64,000 nt of DNA from Minisyncoccia bacterium (GCA_044356325.1 JBIKWJ010000002.1:94327-158326); one strand, 5' to 3'; shown: positions 1 to 9,307, counted from the first letter of the stretch. Notes: generated by a model from the letters alone, not told the origin. Program-made: numbers and translations.

Positions 1-47
1 AGGATATTCAGTAAATATTCCCCGTAAAAATATATAGGAAAATAGAA

Positions 48-405
48 TTACCCACAACTTATCCACAATATTACCATAACTAAATGGGAGTTTTTTGGTT
101 ATAAACATCAAACACCCCCATATCAAAAAAAGTAATATATCGAGACTATACAAATATATTGTAAGATAGGGTGAATTAACTCCTTGTAGGGGGTAACTCA
201 CAAGAGTTGTGCGTATTAAAAAGGGAATACTAATTCCTATTAATCCCAATACTATTGGTATACTTGCCTTTTTCATCTCTTTTCTTTATCGATATTCAGT
301 GTTTCTGTGTTCAAGAGCAATATAGTATGCTATTATAATCATATCATATACAAACTATATGGATAATTTGCATATAATCCTATACTTATACCCAGGTTAT
401 CCACA
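48..405. promoter_or_regulatory. Cluster of DnaA boxes upstream of the yvcK-like gene
   Basis: Perfect TTATCCACA at 59-67 and 397-405. Each is preceded after a 2-bp gap by a near-match (TTACCCACA 48-56, TTATACCCA 386-394). Reverse TTATCCATA at 358-366. Confidence 0.55.
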
Positions 406-426
406 ATTACCCCCTAGATAAAACTC

Positions 427-1413
427 ATGGCATTCAAAAATATTGTTGTTATTGGTGGAGGAACAGGAAGTTTTACCGTATTATCTGGACTTAAAGTTTT
501 TAACAATCTCAATCTTCAGGCCATTGTCACTATGGCGGACAATGGTGGTTCTACAGGGAAATTGAGAGACGAGTTAGGAGTCCTACCCCCGGGAGATGCT
601 CGGCAATGCCTGGTAGCCTTAGCTGAATCTCCTGAAACTCTAAGAGAATTATTCAATTATCGATTTGACTCTGGGGAATTATCTGGACATAATTTTGGAA
701 ATTTATTTTTGTCAGCTCTTGAAAAGGTTACGGGAAATTTTGAGGAAGCTATCAAAACCGCAAGTAATATCCTGTCAATTAGAGGCCAAGTTATACCTGT
801 TACTACCGAAAATATACATCTTGCACTTACTCTTGGCAATGGAGATATTTTATTAGGAGAAGATTGTATTTCCTCATCTGAAATCCTCTCCCAACATAGC
901 GTAAAACATATTGAATTAACTCCTGAGACAGAAATCAATCCCAAAGCCTATGATGCCATTATGAAAGCTGATAGCGTCATTATTGGGCCGGGAAATTTTT
1001 ATTGTAGTTTAGCTCCCAATATGATTGTACCTGGTATGAAAGAAGCTTTGAGCAAAACTTCCGCCCAGATTATTTATAATGTGAATTTAATGTCTAAAGT
1101 TGGACATTCCAATAATTGGTCAGTAGAAAAACATATTGATGAATTACATCGATTTATTGGAGCAGAGGTCATAGATATTGCATTATACAATACCACACAA
1201 CCAGATAAAGAATTAGTAGAGAAATATAAAGAAGAAGGAGAACCTGTTGTCCGGGGCACTAAATCATCTAAAAGAGGCAAAACCGCCCTTATTGGAGGAG
1301 ATCTTATTGCAGACACTATATTTATCAATTCCAATAAAAAAGACCCTATACGCCGCACTTTAATCCGTCATGATCCTTTAAAATTAGCTGAGGCTTTGTA
1401 TCGACTGATTTAA
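427..1413 (+). CDS. yvcK: YvcK/GlmR family (CofD-like) UDP-GlcNAc-binding protein
   Basis: IGGGTG, ADNGGSTGKLR, PPGD, GHNFGNL and RHDP motifs. Confidence 0.9.
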   Translation: MAFKNIVVIGGGTGSFTVLSGLKVFNNLNLQAIVTMADNGGSTGKLRDELGVLPPGDARQCLVALAESPETLRELFNYRFDSGELSGHNFGNLFLSALEKVTGNFEEAIKTASNILSIRGQVIPVTTENIHLALTLGNGDILLGEDCISSSEILSQHSVKHIELTPETEINPKAYDAIMKADSVIIGPGNFYCSLAPNMIVPGMKEALSKTSAQIIYNVNLMSKVGHSNNWSVEKHIDELHRFIGAEVIDIALYNTTQPDKELVEKYKEEGEPVVRGTKSSKRGKTALIGGDLIADTIFINSNKKDPIRRTLIRHDPLKLAEALYRLI

Positions 1414-1438
1414 TTATAAATTATTTTATTGTCGCCTT

Positions 1439-1700
1439 AAATTCCCCTCGTTGAGGAGTACCCGAGATGAGGTTGTCGTCGACAAAAGGGATTATATACA
1501 TTAATATCCTAATAGTAGTAAATTGCTATAGTATTTGTCCTCCTTTGGAGGAGGTGGTCACTGTCGTATTTATACGGGAGTGGCCGGAGGTGGATAGAGT
1601 TCTAGTTTGTGTTCTATCCACCCCCGCCTTTTAGGCACCCCCTCCAAAGGGGGACAAAAAATATTCCCATTTAAGCTAGCGATCTTGCAGTCGCCCGTAG
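1439..1700. repeat. Cluster of palindromic intergenic elements (double-hairpin types A, B and C plus a degenerate GTAG REP)
   Basis: TGTCCTCCTTTGGAGGAGGTGG..CCGGAGGTGGATA (1536-1596) faces TATCCACCCCCG..CCCCCTCCAAAGGGGGACA (1615-1656). Confidence 0.8.
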
Positions 1701-1735
1701 CATTCATACGTTCAAAACCAAAACAGATTGTATAA

Positions 1736-1768
1736 GAAAACCTCTGGGCATCGTTGCTCAGAGGTTGT
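1736..1768 (-). terminator. Intrinsic terminator downstream of the candidate ncRNA
   Basis: AACCTCTGAGCA-ACGA-TGCCCAGAGGTT hairpin followed by TTCTT on the minus strand. Confidence 0.7.
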
Positions 1769-1776
1769 TATTTATA

Positions 1777-2075
1777 TGGTGGGAAGTATTGAGGAAGAGA
1801 TTTTTAATCTCTTTAGCTGTGTGAAATCCGCTAGAGAGTTGATTTGATACCCTATCATTGTCTTGGTAAGCCATCACCTCACCAACTAGCATAAGGACAA
1901 CCTCTAGATATAGGTGAAGAGGCTTAAGAGCCTCTGCACTGTGTGGATCACACTAGGAAACTGATACTTTTCCCGACCTTGGTAGGCCTAACCCCACCAA
2001 CTAACCGAGAAACACAAAGCAGTTCCTAACTTGATTTAATAGTAGCTACCACCAAACGGGGCAAAAACACTTCCC
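1777..2075 (-). ncRNA. Novel ~299-nt structured RNA with two tandem 16S rRNA helix-11-like domains
   Basis: 5' GGGAAGUGUU pairs with 3' AAUACUUCCC-ACCA. Two ~112-nt units each contain UAGUUGGUGRGGU..GGCYUACCAAG inside covarying stems. Has its own promoter and terminator; no ORF of 60 aa or more. Confidence 0.8.
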
Positions 2076-2081
2076 AATAAA

Positions 2082-2109
2082 ATTATATCAGATTCAAAAC
2101 ACTTGTCAA
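2082..2109 (-). promoter_or_regulatory. Consensus sigma70 promoter of the candidate ncRNA
   Basis: TTGACA-16 nt-TATAAT with extended TGn; predicted +1 falls at G2075, the first base of the closing stem. Confidence 0.8.
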
Positions 2110-2245
2110 TATATTGTATGAGATGAGGAGATGGTGGTGGATTTTGTATCAAAGGTTTTATCCCTCCATATAAACTAACCTAAACAGAAACAGAAAACCC
2201 CCGCATAGTGGCGCGGGGGAGGGGTTGAGTTGAAATAGCATTGTA

Positions 2246-2512
2246 TTAAACTCGAATAATTTCATGTATTTTTAATGTCTCTCTACCATCTTCACTTAAA
2301 CCTGCTACACTCACGGCCCGACCTTCTTGTTTGGCTTGAAGAGCTTTCTGCAACAGGTTCATACCTCTTGTAAACAACTCCTCTACAGTGATACCTAGTA
2401 CCTGAGCAATTGTATAACTTAATTCCATAAATTGCTGTAATTGTTGGCGTTCCTGGTCACAGAATGGTTCAAGGAAAACTGTGTGGAGATTTGAGTCTAA
2501 GCTTGTATCCAT
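2246..2512 (-). CDS. Small hypothetical protein (ORFan cassette)
   Basis: TTTACA-17-TACAGT promoter at about 2538-2566; C-rich tract and terminator at about 2194-2225. Confidence 0.55.
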   Translation of the reverse strand: MDTSLDSNLHTVFLEPFCDQERQQLQQFMELSYTIAQVLGITVEELFTRGMNLLQKALQAKQEGRAVSVAGLSEDGRETLKIHEIIRV

Positions 2513-2695
2513 GGAAGGCTGTTGATACAACACCTCTACTGTACTACATCTCCCTAGCATTGTAAAGGGTTTATGAGACTATTTGATATTTTTAAAATAG
2601 ATATATACAAAGTCACTCATATCAAAAACATTCAAAAGCACTTGCAATTTAAGTTATAATCTGTTATTTTAATGCTAATCCATGCTGTTCTTTTT

Positions 2696-2884
2696 ATGAC
2701 AAGTCTCTCAAAGTTAAGAGAAAATCTTTTGACAATTTACGGAGCAGGAAAAGAATTTTTAGATATAGTTTTTACACTATTTTATCTAATTATAAAATCA
2801 ATAATATGTCGTATAAGTCCAAAAACATATAATATATTAACTCCATTAAGAGCTAAGCTGAGTATACAAAGTCGCAGAAAATAA
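2696..2884 (+). CDS. Small basic/hydrophobic protein, paralog 1
   Basis: Shares an upstream promoter block and the ISPxxYxxLxPxRxxLS motif with 3112-3285. Confidence 0.55.
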   Translation: MTSLSKLRENLLTIYGAGKEFLDIVFTLFYLIIKSIICRISPKTYNILTPLRAKLSIQSRRK

Positions 2885-2888
2885 TAAA

Positions 2889-3037
2889 ACAGAGGGGTAA
2901 ACCCTCTGCTACGAAAGTCCTCCTCCGTCACCTTACGGTGACACCTCCCCCAAGGGAGGACAACCTATTGTCCCTCGCTGGCGAGGGGGGTACCGCTTGC
3001 GGTGGGTGTGGACGGGCGACTGAAAGGTCGCCCCTAC
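2889..3037. repeat. Composite of GTAG REP type E, two double-hairpin elements and GTAG REP type D
   Basis: An inverted copy of about 2916-3037 lies at 11088-11205. Confidence 0.8.
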
Positions 3038-3111
3038 GAGAATACAGAGGGCTTGCAATTTAAGTTATAATCTGTTATTTTAATGCTGACACATTGATCC
3101 TTTCCCATCCT

Positions 3112-3285
3112 ATGACCATGTCTCAAATACTGAAGTCTGGTTTAGCAGAGATGGGAATAACCCCTCTCATAGTACTAGCCTATGAAGCATCAAAAGCAGT
3201 TCTCTATTTGATAAGCCCACCCCTCTATCACAGACTAGCCCCTATGAGGAGCGTCTTAAGTAGATTACGTAATAAGAAGAAATAA
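3112..3285 (+). CDS. Small basic/hydrophobic protein, paralog 2
   Basis: Similar to 2696-2884; duplicated promoter; terminator at about 3301-3330. Confidence 0.55.
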   Translation: MTMSQILKSGLAEMGITPLIVLAYEASKAVLYLISPPLYHRLAPMRSVLSRLRNKKK

Positions 3286-3337
3286 CCCCCACCAAATCAA
3301 AAGGAGAGCTGATATCAGCCCTCCCTTTTTATTTTCC

Positions 3338-5143
3338 TTATCGATTAGATCTCTTTCGCTCATTGGAATCTAATACTCTTTTGCGAATTCGAAGACTCAT
3401 TGGAGTTACCTCGAGGAGTTCATCATCAGCCAAATATTCAATACTAGCTTCTAGAGACATATCTTTAGGAGGAGCAATAAATACCCCATCATCAGATCCA
3501 GAAGCTCGCATATTGGTAAGTTTCTTTGCCTTTACTGGATTAATTTCTACATCTTGCTCACGATTAGACTCTCCAAGCACCATACCTGGATATACTTCTG
3601 TTCCATCAGTTACAAAGAATACCCCTCTATCTGAAGCTCCATCGAGAGCATATTTGGTAATTTTCCCAAGTTCCAGAGAGACAATAGATCCGGTTAAACG
3701 ACCCTTACCACTAGATACTCGAGGTCCATATTCTAGAAAAGAACTATTCATAATCACAGTTCCTTTAGACAGGGTAAGAAGAATACTTCTAAGTCCAATC
3801 AAATTCTGTGTAGTAATCTTATATTCAATATGAGACTCATTATGATCATTGATTTCCATATTCACAAGCTCACCCTGTCGTTTATTGACAGCTTCAATGA
3901 TTTTACCGCTATATTCTTCTGGTACATCTAAACTTAATAGCTCATAAGGCTCTTCGGTAGCTCCATTATTGTCTCGAAGGATTACCTGAGGTCGCCCCAC
4001 TGAGAATTCATATCCTTCTCGTCGCATAGTTTCAATCAATACCGCTAAATGAAGCTCTCCGCGTCCCGCTACCAAAAATCTATCAGGACTTGCAGTATCT
4101 TCAATATTCAAGCTAATATTGGTCTCTTGCTCCTTATACAATCTATCTCGAATCATACGAGAAGTAGAATATTTTCCTTCTTTGCCTGAGAAAGGACTAT
4201 CATTAATCGCAAACATCATTTGAAGAGTTGGGCTTTCCACCTCAATAGGAGCTATTTGTACCGGATTTTGAGAGTCCGCAATAGTATCTCCAATTTCAAT
4301 ACCTCCTATTCCTGCAATAACCGCAATATCTCCCGCAATTAATTCATCAGTATCAATAAGTTCCATACCACTATATCGGAGTAGACTGGTAATAGTATTT
4401 TTGGTCTGATTACCTGCCTTATCAATACGCACTACTGACATACCTTTTACAATTTTCCCAGCATCAATTCTACCTACAGCCATAGTCCCTTTGAATTTAT
4501 CAAATTGAAGATTCAAGGTAAGCATTCTAAATGAATCTACAATAGGAGATGTTGGAGCTGGGATTTCATTGACAATCACATCAAATAATTCAGTCAAATC
4601 CTTATCTGTTTGATCGATTTCAAGAGATGCTGAGCCATTAATAGCAGAAGCATATACAATAGGGAAGTCTAATTGTTTATCATTAGCATTAAGCGTTACG
4701 AATAAATCAAAAGTCTTATCCACTACAGAGTCTGGATTAGCATCAGGCCGGTCAATTTTATTAATTACCACAACTACTCTAAGCCCCAAAGCTAAAGCCT
4801 TTTTGAGTACAAATTTGGTTTGAGGCATTGGACCTTCTTTAGAATCCACCAAAAGCAAAGCTCCATCAGCCATTTTAAGTACTCGCTCTACTTCTCCTCC
4901 AAAATCAGCATGACCAGGAGTATCAATCAAATTAATAGTATAATCTTTATAGCTAACTGAGGCATTCTTGGCTCTAATAGTAATACCTTTTTCCCGCTCC
5001 AAATCCATAGAATCCATCACACGCTCTTGCACAGCCTGATTTTCTCGAAAAATCTGAGTTTGATGCAAAATAGCATCCATCAAAGTAGTTTTACCATGAT
5101 CAACATGGGCAATAATGGCAAGATTACGGATATGGGAATTCAT
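3338..5143 (-). CDS. typA: Translational GTPase TypA/BipA
   Basis: IAHVDHGKTT, DTPGHADF, NKID, GRGELHL and ELLEVTP motifs. Confidence 0.97.
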   Translation of the reverse strand: MNSHIRNLAIIAHVDHGKTTLMDAILHQTQIFRENQAVQERVMDSMDLEREKGITIRAKNASVSYKDYTINLIDTPGHADFGGEVERVLKMADGALLLVDSKEGPMPQTKFVLKKALALGLRVVVVINKIDRPDANPDSVVDKTFDLFVTLNANDKQLDFPIVYASAINGSASLEIDQTDKDLTELFDVIVNEIPAPTSPIVDSFRMLTLNLQFDKFKGTMAVGRIDAGKIVKGMSVVRIDKAGNQTKNTITSLLRYSGMELIDTDELIAGDIAVIAGIGGIEIGDTIADSQNPVQIAPIEVESPTLQMMFAINDSPFSGKEGKYSTSRMIRDRLYKEQETNISLNIEDTASPDRFLVAGRGELHLAVLIETMRREGYEFSVGRPQVILRDNNGATEEPYELLSLDVPEEYSGKIIEAVNKRQGELVNMEINDHNESHIEYKITTQNLIGLRSILLTLSKGTVIMNSSFLEYGPRVSSGKGRLTGSIVSLELGKITKYALDGASDRGVFFVTDGTEVYPGMVLGESNREQDVEINPVKAKKLTNMRASGSDDGVFIAPPKDMSLEASIEYLADDELLEVTPMSLRIRKRVLDSNERKRSNR

Positions 5144-5490
5144 AAACAATACAAAAATAAGTAATATATGTGCTCTTTTTGTTTATTGTACCTAAATATC
5201 AATAAAAATGCAAATGTATGACTTCACATCATCCACACTTTACTATAAATGTCACCTCTTGACATTTATGATAGGTGGGTGTATACTAGAATTCTGCTTA
5301 AGCAAAAGCAATACAAGTCAATATTATATGTACATATCAAGAGGAGCGTTGAGCTCCTCTTGTCGTATAGAAACTGTTCCATGTGGAACAATTTCATAGG
5401 GGCGACCTCGCAGTCGCCTGTATTCTCCGCCTTATAAAAAACCAGCCCTCCGAAAGGATCGGGGGCTGGGACTAGGAGGAGGGAGGAGCC

Positions 5491-5799
5491 TCAGAGGTAG
5501 GAAAAATCAAGCCTTGAAACCGCGCGATAACCATCCTTACAGGAAGTGCCTTCAGGCAAGCTAAAGCGAATTCCCCAGAATCCTTGATTGTAGCCTGAGC
5601 GAGCTACCACAACCACCTCAATATCATTGTCCGTAAGGCACGGGAAGTCACGTTTGGCCTCAACAGCTAACTCATTCAAAAACGCGATACTGTGTTGATA
5701 GGTGTTGGCAGATAGAATAAATCCATTGGGGGATGTAAACTCATCGCGAGTTGGGTTGGTTGAGCTGTATGCGGTTACAATACGTTTGTCGTAACTCAT
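5491..5799 (-). CDS. Hypothetical protein (ORFan cassette)
   Basis: TTGACAAAAAGAGGAAAATGTGGTAAATT promoter; C-rich tract and terminator at 5436-5490. Confidence 0.65.
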   Translation of the reverse strand: MSYDKRIVTAYSSTNPTRDEFTSPNGFILSANTYQHSIAFLNELAVEAKRDFPCLTDNDIEVVVVARSGYNQGFWGIRFSLPEGTSCKDGYRAVSRLDFSYL

Positions 5800-5986
5800 T
5801 TTCCGTGTTGGCGTTGGACGGAAACAAATTTACCACATTTTCCTCTTTTTGTCAATATTATATATCGCATTATCTATTAAACTAGACCTAAGATTACGCT
5901 TTATCCACCCCCGCCTTTCAGTTTTTTTCAAAGGGGGGCAAAAAACCCCCGAACAAGTCGGGGGCTGGGGTTAGGATTAGTGTAGG

Positions 5987-6193
5987 TTAATCTACCCATC
6001 GGTTGAGGTGTTTTTTTTCATTATCGTGGTCGTGGCCTAGAATTATTGACATTAGGGTTAAGTACTCGAGTATTCTCGATATTTCGTTAGATTTGAGGCC
6101 AGAGATTACTACAACCACTATTTTCTTCGGTATGTTCGGTATGGGAGAATCGGGGGAGATGTTGGGATTGAGATTGCGGTCAAGACTATCCAT
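5987..6193 (-). CDS. Small hypothetical protein (ORFan cassette)
   Basis: AGGAG RBS; promoter at about 6230-6260; terminator at 5940-5970. Confidence 0.55.
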   Translation of the reverse strand: MDSLDRNLNPNISPDSPIPNIPKKIVVVVISGLKSNEISRILEYLTLMSIILGHDHDNEKKHLNRWVD

Positions 6194-6284
6194 TAAAAGA
6201 ACTCCTATTCTAAGGGTGGGTTAACAAATAAAACATACCATATGTTTTTATGATTGTCTATGGTATATCTCATCTTATTCAGAA

Positions 6285-6417
6285 TTCCACCCTGTCAGGC
6301 AAGCCTGCCACCCCTCAAGAGGGGAATATATAAAAATGTACTGTACGAAAAATTCCCCTCTTGAGGGGTGCCCGTAGGGTGGGGTGGAATAACGGGCGAC
6401 TGAAAGGTCGCCCCTAC
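6285..6417. repeat. Back-to-back type A elements plus GTAG REP D
   Basis: CCACCCCTCAAGAGGGGAAT / AATTCCCCTCTTGAGGGGTG..GGGGTGGA; GGGCGACTGAAAGGTCGCCCCTAC. Confidence 0.85.
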
Positions 6418-6498
6418 ACTACATAATTATATTCATATTCCCTTCGACAAAGGCATCAAAGTGTTCTATACTAAAACTAATCTTATAATCACAAATCT

Positions 6499-7086
6499 AT
6501 GAAATATTTTCACAAAACCATTATCTGGTTCACCTATATCAGTCCTATTGTATTCATCCCTTTAGCTATACTTACTCCTGCGTTAAGATCAGATTATGGG
6601 AAAAAGTTTGGGACTATAGCTTTATTATTATTCGTAATAACCCTTATCCCCAGCATTATTCAACGCTTTGGCCTGTCAAAACAATTCAGCCTTATTATTA
6701 AATTAATACTACCAGTACGCAGGCAATTCGGAATTTTGATGTTTATGGCAGCTTTTACCCATTATCTTGCAATGAAAGTAATACCGGTAATTCAATACAA
6801 ATTACCGGTATATTTACCCCTATACCAAGCATTTGGAGTATTGGCAATGATTCTCACCCTTCTGATGTTCCTCACCTCTAATAACTGGGCTACACGCAAA
6901 CTTAAAGGAGATTGGAAGCGACTACATAGAGCAACATATCTTATCGGATGGTTGATATTTGGACATGTGTTATTGGGTGGACTTAATTCAGAAGGAGAAA
7001 TATCTCTACAAGCCATTCTTATTGGTACTGTGATGGTATTAGAAGTTGCTTCTCTTATCAAGGCTAAAGTTAATGTGTTAGCGTAA
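6499..7086 (+). CDS. MsrQ/YedZ-like ferric reductase transmembrane protein
   Basis: RRQFG, LTS..WKRLHRATY motifs; heme-ligand histidines; multiple TM helices. Confidence 0.8.
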   Translation: MKYFHKTIIWFTYISPIVFIPLAILTPALRSDYGKKFGTIALLLFVITLIPSIIQRFGLSKQFSLIIKLILPVRRQFGILMFMAAFTHYLAMKVIPVIQYKLPVYLPLYQAFGVLAMILTLLMFLTSNNWATRKLKGDWKRLHRATYLIGWLIFGHVLLGGLNSEGEISLQAILIGTVMVLEVASLIKAKVNVLA

Positions 7087-7090
7087 AATA

Positions 7091-7720
7091 TTATCCCAAA
7101 TGGGCATGATCATTCCAGGTAATAATATTCCAGTCTTTTTGATCTTCATCAAATTGCATCCAAACTATTCCCGTATTACTCATAACTAAGTTATTAGTAA
7201 CCACTTTGGCTTCTTTTGCTGTCACATGAGACCCAAATAAACGATACCAGACCAAACAATGTAGGAAATTCTTATGGGTTACGATAATAATATTATCTTC
7301 TTCCCTAGACTCAATAAATTCAAAGGCTTTTTGAGCTCTTAATTTTAAATCTTCAAAATTTTCCTCATCAGAATGTCTATAATCTGATATTTCCCAATTA
7401 TCTGCAATTTCTTTATCTATAGCTTTTAATTCTTCCAGCTCTTTACTCTTTTCTTCTTGAATAGATGGTCTTTTTTTCTCAACAAATAATTCGTTTTCTT
7501 CAATAGGCAAATTAACAATTTTAGATATATATTTAGCAGTATCATAAGCCCTTGCATAGGGACTTGTTATAAGTAAATCCGCTGAGATATTATTAAACCG
7601 ACTAGCTATTTGCTGAGCTTGCTCATGACCTAATTCAGATAATGGGATACTAGCTGATTGATATATCCGCAATGCATTTCCCTCTGATTGTCCATGGCGC
7701 ACAAAATATATATTTTTCAT
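7091..7720 (-). CDS. Histidine phosphatase (phosphoglycerate mutase family)
   Basis: YFVRHGQS, SPYARA, IIIVTH motifs; the longer ORF-track start runs through a repeat. Confidence 0.85.
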   Translation of the reverse strand: MKNIYFVRHGQSEGNALRIYQSASIPLSELGHEQAQQIASRFNNISADLLITSPYARAYDTAKYISKIVNLPIEENELFVEKKRPSIQEEKSKELEELKAIDKEIADNWEISDYRHSDEENFEDLKLRAQKAFEFIESREEDNIIIVTHKNFLHCLVWYRLFGSHVTAKEAKVVTNNLVMSNTGIVWMQFDEDQKDWNIITWNDHAHLG

Positions 7721-7721
7721 A

Positions 7722-7834
7722 TGTGGATCTGACTGGGATACAAACCAGACTCTCGTCTTAGGAAACCCACGTTTTCCCAACCTTCCTAGACAGGAAACTG
7801 CCGTTTCCCGACCCCTTCCCAACTGGTTCGCTCC
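7722..7834 (-). repeat. tRNA-3'-linked element after tRNA-Ala (inverted T-arm copy, core, direct copy of tRNA 3' end)
   Basis: 7722-7748 resembles tRNA 7851-7876; CTGGTTCGCTCC at 7823-7834; core GGGGTCGGGAAACGGCAGTTTCC..GGAAAACGTGGGTTTCC. Confidence 0.75.
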
Positions 7835-7852
7835 TATATTATTAATTTACTG

Positions 7853-7925
7853 TGGACCTGACTGGGATCGAACCAGCCACCTCCTCGGTGCAAGCGAGGC
7901 GCTCTACCAAATGAGCTACAGGCCC
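7853..7925 (-). tRNA. tRNA-Ala(UGC)
   Basis: Cloverleaf, anticodon TGC, G3-U70 pair, GGTTCGATCC T-arm; CCA not encoded. Confidence 0.95.
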
Positions 7926-8100
7926 TAATTACAGATTAGAGTATATCAGATTGTCATTATCTATGCAAGAGGAGCGAATAGAGAACTATTAGCTCTATAC
8001 CAATAATATAATACTCCTATAGGAATATTATATTATAATAAAAAATCTCGGTCGCTGAGGCGGCCGAGATTTGGGGTGTATTCACATTAAATGTTATTGG

Positions 8101-8673
8101 TCATACACTTAATTGCTGTGATAATTGAGTGTAATCACAAATCAATTGTCTTATCTGTTCTGAAACCCATTTAAGCGCTATTTCTTTAACAGCTTCTAAA
8201 TCTTTAGTAACTTCTAAGCTTGGAGCCTTGTCAATTACCTTTGTGATTGAATTATGCTTTTCACTCCGTATATATGTATATACTTCTAACCACCAAGTAT
8301 CTATATTTGGTATACTCCGTCGAAGATGTAACCTCACAATATTCGGTGGTATTGTGATTGATACTGTATCTGAAATATTACTCCAAAGAATAGTTTTATT
8401 ATACATTTGAGTGTGCTCACGGGTTAATTGTATCACCTCTTCTAAAAGCCATTTACATGCTTGTGCTCTAGCAGACTCTAAACTGGTAGCACTCTCTAGA
8501 TAGGCATGGAATGTGGTACTAAAGAATTTATTGTATACAAACAAATACCATTTGGAGTCTACTTTTTCGATTCTTAAATCTGTATCATTCTCCTGAAATG
8601 TTAATGAGCCTTGCATTGAGCTATGGGCACCTTGATCTATAGGAGCTTGGCCAGTTAAAGTGTGTGAGGTCAT
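8101..8673 (-). CDS. Hypothetical protein with two internally similar halves (ORFan cassette)
   Basis: SLESARAQACKWLLEEVIQL resembles DLEAVKEIALKWVSEQIRQL; own promoter and terminator. Confidence 0.65.
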   Translation of the reverse strand: MTSHTLTGQAPIDQGAHSSMQGSLTFQENDTDLRIEKVDSKWYLFVYNKFFSTTFHAYLESATSLESARAQACKWLLEEVIQLTREHTQMYNKTILWSNISDTVSITIPPNIVRLHLRRSIPNIDTWWLEVYTYIRSEKHNSITKVIDKAPSLEVTKDLEAVKEIALKWVSEQIRQLICDYTQLSQQLSV

Positions 8674-8783
8674 GATAAAAACAACATACCTCTTAAAACA
8701 TATCATATTATGTCACTTTTGTCTACGATGTATCTCATCTTATTCAGAGATAGGAAGAATAATAGATTGGGAGTGATGTTTTC

Positions 8784-8972
8784 GTAGCGGAGGGTTTATC
8801 CCTCCACTTCGTAGAGGGGGGTAACTTAACTGTCCTCCTTTGGAGGAGGTGACCCCTCCCATACTTCAGTTTGGGAGGGGTCGGAGGTGGATAATAAGTA
8901 GTCTATATTTTAACTAAAAATTAAAACTCTATCCACCCTCCCCCTGCGGGTACTCCCTCCGAAGGGAGACAA
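8784..8972. repeat. GTAG REP E, type B with nested insert, and type C
   Basis: GTAGCGGAGGGTTTATCCCTCCAC; B element carrying CCCTCCCATACTTCAGTTTGGGAGGG. Confidence 0.8.
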
Positions 8973-9039
8973 GTATCTGTGGCTATCGGCCAAACCCCTT
9001 TTACCAACAAAAAAAACAGGATAAACCTGTTTTCTTCAT

Positions 9040-9116
9040 TGGCGGGGACGGCCGGGCTCGAACCGGTGACCTTCTGCGTGACAGGCAGACGCTCTAACCA
9101 ACTGAGCTACGCCCCC
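9040..9116 (-). tRNA. tRNA-Asp(GUC)
   Basis: Cloverleaf, anticodon GTC, encoded CCA. Confidence 0.96.
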
Positions 9117-9167
9117 ATAATTGTTGTAGTATAGCAATAATACTGTATTTGTACAAGAGCAATACTA

Positions 9168-9242
9168 TGGGGTGGCCAACGGGAATTGAACCCGTAATGT
9201 CGGAACCACAACCCGAAGTTTTACCATTAAACTATGGCCACC
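9168..9242 (-). tRNA. tRNA-His(GUG)
   Basis: Anticodon GTG, G-1:C73 pair, encoded CCA. Confidence 0.95.
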
Positions 9243-9307
9243 ACATAATATTTCTCCTTTTGACAAGAAGTCTAGAATATTCTATCAAAAATAAGCTTGA
9301 TTTGCAA

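Noticed and set aside
1795-2029. Decayed 16S rRNA fragment
   Set aside because: Similarity is confined to the helix-11 hairpin (plus a weak CACAC echo). It occurs twice inside novel covarying stems and has its own promoter and terminator.
1777-2075. tmRNA, RNase P RNA, SRP RNA or 6S identity for the ncRNA
   Set aside because: No TPsiC arm or G3-U70 pair, no GAGGAAAGUCC P4 motif, no SRP domain IV motif; the two-domain repeat does not fit 6S.
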